A stretch of 20,000 bases of DNA, taken from positions 53,401 through 73,400 of the forward strand of contig JBNGIO010003079.1 of the NCBI GenBank assembly GCA_049999805.1, written 5' to 3'. How positions within the stretch are numbered: the first letter of the stretch is position 1; each line of letters starts with the position of its first letter. The notes below the pieces were generated by a model that saw only the letters and a program-made list of their open reading frames with translations, did no database searches and had not been told where the DNA came from. The stretch is from Folioceros fuciformis. Lineage: Eukaryota. A program made the translations under genes and the position numbers. Shown one piece after another: positions 1 to 7,818 of the stretch.

Positions 1-211
1 ACGGCATGGTGAAGTAAATCGCGGACAATAAAACCGCGTAGGCCAGAAACAGTGAAGAGACTGCCATCATTTCCTTGCGAGTCAGAGGACTGCTGCTCCT
101 CTTCTGCTGCCGCCCACTGGCCTTCAAATCGGCCTCCAATTTCCTCTCTTCCTCCGTCTCATCTCTGCCCGATGTGGTTGCAGCTGCGGCCAATCTGCTC
201 CTTTCAGTCAT
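1..211 (-). CDS. 5' part (truncated by window edge) of a SNARE-associated Golgi / TMEM41-like (VTT domain) membrane protein
   Basis: Manual minus-strand translation from the ATG at 211 (in-frame TAA upstream at 233-235) is open to position 1: MTERSRLAAAATTSGRDETEEERKLEADLKASGRQQKRSSSPLTRKEMMAVSSLFLAYAVLLSAIYFTMP. The 'PL.R.E - hydrophobic TM - IY.TMP' pattern matches the N-terminus of plant At4g17790/At4g09580-type proteins as I recall them. It is absent from the ORF track because it has no stop in the window. Confidence 0.65.
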   Translation of the reverse strand, partial: MTERSRLAAAATTSGRDETEEERKLEADLKASGRQQKRSSSPLTRKEMMAVSSLFLAYAVLLSAIYFTMP

Positions 212-882
212 CTTGTGTCTGCCAGTCCCGCATTAACACACCACACTTGTTACGGAGAGGGCGACCTCCCTACTCAACCCCAACCCCGAACCTTGGTCAG
301 CAGGCATAGCGATGGGCTCGTTTCCGCTCCACGAAGCAAGAGCCCTTGCTCCTCCTGTCCTCCGAGTCAAGGTCACGGCAGAGACAATGCTCTCCATCCT
401 CTTGCATGCTACCAGATCTAAGACGGGAATCAAACTCCTACACACGATCATATTCCGTTTAACCACTTCATCTCCTGCAGGTAAATTTCATTTCATGTTT
501 CACGCCATCATAGGCAATGCTAATTTTGGCCGACAGTAACAGCTTCAAAGCTCCAAAGATGCTGTTCTTCAGGAACGCATACTCTGGGTCGCTCAGTGCA
601 GATGTGTTCATTACGTTCTACGGCTTTTAGTGCAGGTCTTTACAACGAGAAGCGGACATACTTCATTGGAAAGACGGAAACCAGCTACCCACCAAGAAGA
701 AGAGGGATAATTTACTCAAGGGCACTTTTGTCAGGCCACTCAAAAGTATCAATCACCCAAAGAACTTAGAACCATTTTTGCCAATGCCTTCTACAGGGCA
801 ACGGATACCCTCTAGCCAAAGAAAGTAATAAGGAAGGGGACGGACTAGTTCTTGGTGAACCCTTTGCCCATGGTTTTCCCAG

Positions 883-927
883 GTCTCAATAGCAAAGGGG
901 GATGAGTCTCAATAGCAAAGGGGATGA
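883..927. repeat. Tandem duplication, 23/22-bp unit x2
   Basis: gtctcaatagcaaagggggatga (883-905) followed by gtctcaatagcaaaggggatga (906-927), which lacks one G. Confidence 0.9.
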
Positions 928-990
928 AGGTGTGCGGTCTTCGGCCCATCTTGGGGGCGTTAAGAATCACATGTTTGCAAACATCGTCCC

Positions 991-1051
991 AGATTAGGTC
1001 ACTAATAACCACATTTGCAAGAGATTAGGTCACTAATAACCACATTTGCAA
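991..1051. repeat. Tandem duplication, period 31 bp x2
   Basis: agattaggtcactaataaccacatttgcaa at 991-1020 and 1022-1051, identical, separated by one G. Confidence 0.95.
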
Positions 1052-1175
1052 CAATACAAATGGATTGATCTAAAGGGAAAACGTTAGTGAGCTGGGTGTA
1101 AAGGTGCCCACTACATGGGGGCATCTTTAGTGAAAAAACCTTCCTTCACTAATGATAGAAAACATGAGGTCCCAA

Positions 1176-1251
1176 AACATTGTGCACAGCTATAATATAG
1201 CTACCCACATGCCAACATTGTGCACAGCTATAATATAGCTACCCACATGCC
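1176..1251. repeat. Tandem duplication, 38-bp unit x2
   Basis: aacattgtgcacagctataatatagctacccacatgcc at 1176-1213 and 1214-1251, identical. Confidence 0.95.
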
Positions 1252-1358
1252 TAATATCAGGCCAAGTGTGTTCCTGTGTCAACAAGAGGGGCCCTATAAC
1301 TACACGCAAAAGGAGAGCAAGCAAAGCATGGACTACTTGCAAGCCCCATTGAAAATGC

Positions 1359-1466
1359 AGTACAAAGGAAAATGTTGTTGTTGCGGGCGTGCAACACTTA
1401 GATACTAAGATGAGTACAAAGGAAAATGTTGTTGTTGCGGGCGTGCAACACTTAGATACTAAGATG
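1359..1466. repeat. Tandem duplication, 54-bp unit x2
   Basis: agtacaaaggaaaatgttgttgttgcgggcgtgcaacacttagatactaagatg at 1359-1412 and 1413-1466, identical. Confidence 0.95.
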
Positions 1467-1476
1467 ACGTAGAAGC

Positions 1477-1561
1477 CACTAACCAGCTCTCTTTCCTAAG
1501 GAAGTATGGAGATTTATGTCACTAACCAGCTCTCTTTCCTAAGGAAGTATGGAGATTTATG
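1477..1561. repeat. Tandem duplication, period 43 bp x2
   Basis: cactaaccagctctctttcctaaggaagtatggagatttatg starting at 1477 and again at 1520, identical. Confidence 0.95.
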
Positions 1562-1751
1562 ATTCTCAGTGAGCTTAGAAATGGGGGAGTGCCAATTGTA
1601 AATGCAAACAATGTTTCTCTTATATACATGAGTCAAGCCTTTAAAGGCCATCCTTGGTAAGAGAGGAAAGGATTTGCAGGATATGCAAATTGAGGAGAAG
1701 AATTGGCCAGACTTAAGGAGGCTTGCAAAGGAGAAACTCCCCCTTCAATGC

Positions 1752-2011
1752 TTGTGATGCACTTCGAAGAGGATGCAATCAAAAGAATGCAACATCATCA
1801 TGTAGTGATTAATGTGGTATGGTGTGCTTGTTATGCATTTCTAAGAGGATGCACCCCAGAGAATGCACTCCAGAGAATGCAACACCATTAGTGAATGCAC
1901 TCCAGTGAATGAACCATGTGATGTGTTGTGATTGTGATGCACTTCCAACGGGATGCACTCAAGAGTATAGTACCATCACGCAATGATTGATGTGTAATGT
2001 AGTGTGGTGTG
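1752..2011. repeat. Degenerate internal repeats (gtgatgcacttc..ggatgcac/aatc..gaatgcaac..; short gaatgcactccag units)
   Basis: Three diverged copies of an atgca(c/t)tt..ggatgca..aga..atgca block near 1755, 1832 and 1935, plus gaatgcactccag at 1861 and 1893. Confidence 0.6.
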
Positions 2012-2743
2012 AATAGTTATTAACTATTGAACCATGTATAAGTACGATGTTTAGTGGCACAACAAGTCAGAGAACAAGATGTGGGTAAAGAGAGCCTAGT
2101 GATGCTAAATCACTAATTACACAATCAAAGGGGCCTAAGCATATGTTGTTTCTCCAAAAGCTGTGCAGATATTGCTTCTCCAAAAGTTGTACAAGGCTCT
2201 TGTACAAATCTCTTAGCTTAGACAACAAAAACTAGAGACTGAACAATTGTATGAAAAAGGTACCCCAATAGAAGGAGGGGATAGGTGAGATGCACACCAA
2301 ATCCCCCACCAAAATATTTCTAAATGAATGTGGAGCCCAACTACGACCGCAACCACGTTGGAGACCGACCATGACACAATGTAATCCCTCCATGAAGAAA
2401 GATAACACCTTTTGCACTTAAGGGGAAGAGGTAAAGAGGAACAACAATCCAAAGTGGTTATGCGGAATAATAAATTGGAGAGGAAATGTAACCTGGTGAG
2501 CGATAGAAGCTGAGTCGGGCGCCTATGTGGATCACAACAAACAGCATACTGTACGTACGTACGCATATATATGTTGGTAGTGGGCCAACGTCGAACACTA
2601 AACGCTAGCCTAGGGTTGATGTTATTGCTTCGTTTGCCGGCACTAGGCCGAGGGTGCGATGACGACGACGGGCTGGAGGGGCAGGAAGGACGAGGCCTGT
2701 AGGATCTGAGCGGCGCGGTGGATCGGGGACAGCGCCAGCCGCC

Positions 2744-5700
2744 ATGGCGTCGGTGCGAGAGCAGGCGGTTGCTCTGCTCAACGACGCCAAGCTCCAGGCG
2801 GACTCGTCGTCCAGGGTGGATCACCTGAAGCAGTTGATGGAGCTGGTGCTGTACCGGGATCCCGACCTGCTGGGGGAGTTCGTGCCGCACTTGCTGGAAT
2901 TCCAGTGTGAGCGGGGCTGGTTCCTGCGGAAGTACCTGGCGGAGGTGGTGGAGCTGGTAGGCATGAAGTTCTTGAAGCACGTCCCGGTGATGGTGCCGGC
3001 TCTGCTGACGCTACTGAGGGATTCGGCGGCTGCGGTTGTGCAGCGGGCCATCATCACCGCCACGCATCTCTTCGGCTACACCTTCGAGCAGCTGGTTTTG
3101 CAGGGGATCTACTCACGGCAGGTGGAGAAGTGGCTGGTTGATGCCTGGGCGGGCATGCTGAAGGTGAAGGAGGTGGTGCTCACCACCGTGGTGTTTGACG
3201 GCAACGACGTGATCCGGCTGCATGCCATCAAGTTCGTGGAGAGCGCCATTCTGCTGTTCACGCCGGATCCTAACAGCTCGGCCCGGCCCTCGCTGCAGGC
3301 GGAGGGCGCGTCCAAGGAGTGCAACGTGGCGTGGATCTCGGGAGGTCATCCCATCCTCGGCGCCAGTGAATTAGGTCAAGAAGCCAGCCGGAGCCTGGGG
3401 TTGCTTCTGGGCCAATTGAGGGCTCCAGATGTGTCGTCTCTTCCCGGCCCTGTCGCCATTGTCTTGTTGAACAGCTTAGGTAATATTGCAAAGAAAAGGC
3501 CCACCCTTTTCGGAAGAATTCTGCCTGTCTTGATTGCTTTAGGTCCCAATTGCGACGCCATCAAGGGATCTCAGGTCACCAGCGTCATCCACACTCTTAG
3601 AACCAATTTGCTAGGGTTGCTCAAGTGCACGCATCCCGGAGCTGCTCCCTGGCGAGAGCGCCTGGTCGACGCGCTGCGGGCGATGAACGCCGGGGACTCT
3701 GCGGAAGCCGCCCTTCGCCAGGTCGGACGGGTGCTGCGTGGGGCTGACAGGGAACCGGGAGGGGTTGTGGATCGACGACCTGCCGCTCCTGCTGCCAAGG
3801 ATGAGCGGTTGCAGGTTTCCTCGTCTCTCTTCATCAACTCCACGGACGCTGGGCGCAAGAGAGCCATGGTGCACGAGAATGGGAGTCAGGCAGGGGATGT
3901 GGAGGATTTGGTCAAAAGGTTGAGGCCGAATCCTTCGGCTGCTGCTGGTGCTGCGATGGCTTCCTATCTCTCGCATATGCAATCGGAGGGGCAGCGTAGG
4001 GTTCTGGGATTGAACGGGAAGGGAGCGGGAGCGGTCTCCCTGCAGCAGCAGATCAATTCCATGATCGCAAATGTGGTGTCGCAGGGGGGGCCGTATGAGG
4101 CGACCGTCGATGTGCTCATCGGCAGCATCCCGCCGGAAGTGCTTGTGGACATTGTCGTCGGTAATATGATTTACTTGCCCACGCGCCCGCCTGCGCAATC
4201 TTTAAATCCCGCGGCCGATTCCGCATATTCTGTGGACGGACCAGCCGCGACGGCTGGCCTGCGATTCCAGCAGTCTTCGTCGCATTTTGTTGTCGACGGT
4301 CGGCCGCAGCATCTGGAATCCCGTTTGCAACCTGATCTTCGGCGGGATCCAAGACGTGGGCTGGTTGCGGGGACCAGTCCATCTTTAGAGATAGACGCGG
4401 GAGTAGGAGGAGTTGCGGGCGTAGGGGCAGTAGTAGCGAAAATCGAGAGAGCGGATCTGGTGAAGATAGAGGAGTCGACATACCCTGGCAGCAGAGATCC
4501 CAGGGGAGCGGGTCGGGGTCAGGCATCTCATTTGCCTACGGCTAAATTCAGGCCTATGCCCATCAAAGTGGAGTCAGTTGACAATGCCCCTCAAGCTCAA
4601 GGAAGTGAGGATGGAGCATCTTCAGCAATGGGTTTATACGGAGATCTTTTAAGGCCCCCTTTAGTCATATCTGCTCACTCCGTTCCCCCTTCACATATCC
4701 TCAGGCTTGAGGATCTCACCACTGCGCTCAGTGCTGCTAAAGAGGGACAGCGTAGTGTTGCGACGTCCGTACCAGGGCCTATACCTGTTCTCCCTCTCCA
4801 CGTTGAGCAGCAGTCTGCCCTTTGCAAGAGGGCTGTCATGCGAATTTTGGAGAGTTACAAGGCTGTTGAAGCTGCGGGGAGAGGTGACTTGCGCATGGCA
4901 ACGCTTGCTCGATTGGTGTCTCAGTCTCGAGAGGATGGTGTGCTGGATGTGTTCCGGAAGTATTTGTTGGCAGATTATCATGGCCACAAGGGTCATGAAC
5001 TTGCTTTACATGTGCTCTATCAGCTCTATGTGGGGCAAGCTTTCGATTCGGACAGCCCTCCAAACCTTTCGGAGATACATCCTGCTTATGAGAGTTTCCT
5101 TCTCTCACTGGCTGAAGGTCTCAAAGACACACTGCCTCCTTCTGACAAGTCTTTGAGTAGATTATTTGCAGAGTCACCAGTGCTACCTGGATCAGGTCTC
5201 AGGTTGCTCGAAGGTCTTTGCATTCCCTCCTCTCAGGTAAGGGATGAGAAGGAAGTTTTGAGTGCCGAACGCATAACCCAGGGGCTAAGTATTATTTGGA
5301 GTCTCATTCTGCAGAGGCCTCCAGTCAGGGAGACCTGTTTAAGAATTGCACTGCAGTGTGCAGTACACGAGCATGAGGCTGTAAGAACTAAGGCTATCCG
5401 ACTTGTTGCAAACAAGTTGTTTCCTCTTAGCTATGTTGCACCCAAGATAGAGACCTTTGCAACAGACATGTTGCTTTCTGTTGTTGATCCGAGAGAAGTG
5501 CCTGGTAAGGTACAGGACAGCATGGATGTAGATGCATCGACCATAGTACAGGATATGGAAACCAAGATGATGAGTGACCAGGTGAATGGCGTGGAAGCGA
5601 AACAGAGTGACGTTTTGGGTTCTGTTGTTGCTGATGAGATGACTGGTGGGGATGATGGTCAGAGGAGCAAGAGCAACCCAGCTGTGACAACGGCAGAGGC

Positions 5701-6694
5701 ACAACGTTGCATGTCTCTCTTTTTTGCCTTGTGCACCAAGAAGCATGCCCTACTAGGGCAGCTGTTCAGCGTATACGGCCGTGCCTCCAAGGAGTTCAAG
5801 CAGGCTGTGAAGCAGAGGATGCCACTTGTTGTGCGATCCATAGGGGCCTCATCTCCTGAGCTACTGACCTTAATAGCCAATCCTCTGCCTGGCAGCTCAA
5901 ATCTGCTGCTGGGCGTGTTGCATAGCATTTCGGAAGGCGGTACAATGTCCCAGGAGTTGATCTCCACAGTTAAACAACTGTATGAAAAGCTCCATGATGC
6001 TAGTTTTCTTATCCCAATTCTGTCCTCTTTTTCTAAAGAGGAGGTCTTGCCCATCTTTCCCCGCCTGGTGGAGTTGCCGCCAGAAACTTTCCAAAGCTCT
6101 CTCGATCGCATTCTGCAGGGTTCTGCTCATTCTGGTCCTGCAATGACACCAGCAGAGGTTCTACTTGCCCTCCATGATATTGATCCTCGTCGAGACGCAT
6201 TGCCATTGAAGAAGATAACAGATGCTTGCTCAGCCTGCCTTCAGCAGCGAACGGTGTTTACGCAACAGGTTCTGGCAAGAGTGTTGAATCAGATGGTTGA
6301 ACAGACTCCACTTCCTTTGCTTTTTATGCGGACTGTGATTCAGGCGGTAGGTGCTTTTCCTTCTCTTGTGGACTTTGTCATGGAAATACTCTCAAGACTT
6401 GTTAGTAAGCAGATCTGGAAAACTCCAAAGTTGTGGGTCGGTTTTCTCAAATGTGCAAATCAGACTATGCCACGCTCATTTCATGTATTACTGCAACTTC
6501 CAGCGCTTCAGTTGGAGGATGCTTTAAACAAACAGCCCACCTTGAGAGCTCCTTTGGCTGCCCATGCGATGAAACCAAACATCAGGGCAAATGTTCCTCG
6601 ATCATCTTTAGTTTTGTTGGGGATTGTCCAGGATGGTCCAGCTCCTGATTCTGTTGCCCCAAGTGCTACAGCACAGGCAGAAATTCCAACATGA
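2744..6694 (+). CDS. Symplekin / ESP4-like pre-mRNA cleavage and polyadenylation scaffold protein, single-exon CDS, 1316 aa
   Basis: Uninterrupted ORF with gccATGg context. It has a HEAT-like symplekin N-terminal domain (AIKFVESAILLFTPDP, IAKKRP.LFGRILPVL, LLKCTHPGAAPWRERL), RDPR motifs in the middle linker, and a Symplekin_C region (SLFFALCTKKH, QGSAHSGPAMTPAEVL, EQTPLPLLFMRTVIQA, WKTPKLWVGFLKCA). Confidence 0.93.
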   Translation: MASVREQAVALLNDAKLQADSSSRVDHLKQLMELVLYRDPDLLGEFVPHLLEFQCERGWFLRKYLAEVVELVGMKFLKHVPVMVPALLTLLRDSAAAVVQRAIITATHLFGYTFEQLVLQGIYSRQVEKWLVDAWAGMLKVKEVVLTTVVFDGNDVIRLHAIKFVESAILLFTPDPNSSARPSLQAEGASKECNVAWISGGHPILGASELGQEASRSLGLLLGQLRAPDVSSLPGPVAIVLLNSLGNIAKKRPTLFGRILPVLIALGPNCDAIKGSQVTSVIHTLRTNLLGLLKCTHPGAAPWRERLVDALRAMNAGDSAEAALRQVGRVLRGADREPGGVVDRRPAAPAAKDERLQVSSSLFINSTDAGRKRAMVHENGSQAGDVEDLVKRLRPNPSAAAGAAMASYLSHMQSEGQRRVLGLNGKGAGAVSLQQQINSMIANVVSQGGPYEATVDVLIGSIPPEVLVDIVVGNMIYLPTRPPAQSLNPAADSAYSVDGPAATAGLRFQQSSSHFVVDGRPQHLESRLQPDLRRDPRRGLVAGTSPSLEIDAGVGGVAGVGAVVAKIERADLVKIEESTYPGSRDPRGAGRGQASHLPTAKFRPMPIKVESVDNAPQAQGSEDGASSAMGLYGDLLRPPLVISAHSVPPSHILRLEDLTTALSAAKEGQRSVATSVPGPIPVLPLHVEQQSALCKRAVMRILESYKAVEAAGRGDLRMATLARLVSQSREDGVLDVFRKYLLADYHGHKGHELALHVLYQLYVGQAFDSDSPPNLSEIHPAYESFLLSLAEGLKDTLPPSDKSLSRLFAESPVLPGSGLRLLEGLCIPSSQVRDEKEVLSAERITQGLSIIWSLILQRPPVRETCLRIALQCAVHEHEAVRTKAIRLVANKLFPLSYVAPKIETFATDMLLSVVDPREVPGKVQDSMDVDASTIVQDMETKMMSDQVNGVEAKQSDVLGSVVADEMTGGDDGQRSKSNPAVTTAEAQRCMSLFFALCTKKHALLGQLFSVYGRASKEFKQAVKQRMPLVVRSIGASSPELLTLIANPLPGSSNLLLGVLHSISEGGTMSQELISTVKQLYEKLHDASFLIPILSSFSKEEVLPIFPRLVELPPETFQSSLDRILQGSAHSGPAMTPAEVLLALHDIDPRRDALPLKKITDACSACLQQRTVFTQQVLARVLNQMVEQTPLPLLFMRTVIQAVGAFPSLVDFVMEILSRLVSKQIWKTPKLWVGFLKCANQTMPRSFHVLLQLPALQLEDALNKQPTLRAPLAAHAMKPNIRANVPRSSLVLLGIVQDGPAPDSVAPSATAQAEIPT

Positions 6695-7476
6695 TCATTA
6701 GTGTGGATGTTAATGATCTGGATCTGGCCTCATGTTAAGCACGTTACCTTCTTAAAGGACCAGAGCACCAACATGGGGAGATGTCTGGAAGTATGCAGGA
6801 TCCCCAGTTTAAGTCTCTGGCCATGAAACTGTTCAAGGGGGAGACTTCCAGGACAAGCTGCAGGTGGAAGCTTGGAATGTAGAAATTGCTCGCTGTCTTG
6901 ATGTGGGCGGGACATTCCGGGTGAGGTGATTTTTGCTAAGGCTGGCAATGATTGGACTCCAAAACTAGCTGTGCAAGTTTCTTGGCTGATTTTGTAGAGA
7001 AACGTCAGCCCTGTAAGCTTGACAAGCAATGAAGCAGTCTAGATTCCACGAGCCCCTGTCGAGGCAGATTCGAGGCAGACAAGTTTGAAGAATGTCAACC
7101 AAGCAGGTACCTTCTCTTCCCACCTCTTGTCAGTGTCAACGTGGCTCATTTTATTTGATGCTTGATCCCTGTGTGCTGGTCAGTCAATCATCCCAAGTCT
7201 TTTAAGGATTTCTTGGGAAGTTGGTTGCCTTGTATGTTTGTCATTCTAGACCGCTTTCAGGTCCCCTGTTCTAATGTATACGTTCAAAACGTATGTTCTG
7301 CAGGTCCATGACGTTCATCCTCTCCGATAGTCTAAGATGAGGACTGCACTACCTATTTTGCAGCTAGCCTGGGTATCGCTCCCTTGGCACTGCTGCGCCC
7401 CCCGCATCATGCGGGCATTTTTGTTGTGAACCGACTCTAATTGCCCGCTCTCTCGGCTCGTTGTAATTGTATCACG

Positions 7477-7482
7477 AATAAA
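7477..7482 (+). terminator. Candidate polyadenylation signal AATAAA for the symplekin transcript
   Basis: AATAAA followed by a U/GU-rich stretch (ttcgtttcttgtgttgt), lying between the convergent symplekin and Der genes. Confidence 0.35.
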
Positions 7483-7818
7483 ATGGGAATAATGCTCGTA
7501 ATTCGTTTCTTGTGTTGTAGACGTTTACATATTCCCTATCGACTGACAAACTCAAGACTCAATTAACGAATCTGTTCTGCGAGTTAAACGCGGCTCTCGC
7601 AGAACATTTTGTCTCATCCATGCACAGATATCTGTCACAGTTCTCCAAAACACGTACACATTTGCGAAATGCACTGCATCAAAGTTTGGCAGATTCCACA
7701 CTGCTGCGTTCGGCTCAATGTGATCAAAGCATGTGGGTTACTGTATCTGATTTGGTTCTATTAATTTAATCGTGAAATTTATCCTTTCCCGATTATGGGA
7801 CGTGTGAACAAGATATCT

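Larger units (their letters stand above)
850..2200. mobile_element. Probable decayed non-coding DNA-transposon remnant (possibly CACTA-type subterminal region)
   Basis: AT-rich and CpG-poor, with no credible ORF. It has 10 copies of CACTAA/TTAGTG in both orientations between 1000 and 2116 and many short inverted repeats. No matching TIR plus TSD pair was found, so the boundaries are approximate. Confidence 0.35.

Noticed and set aside
1109-1807. Intact CACTA element bounded by CACTACATG/CATGTAGTG
   Set aside because: The inverted match is only 9 bp, there is no 3-bp TSD, and the repeated motif extends outside these bounds.
2213-6130. Numerous antisense/alternate-frame ORFs (e.g. 2213-2980, 3611-4198, 5659-6111)
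   Set aside because: Shadow ORFs of the GC-rich symplekin CDS with no recognisable domains.
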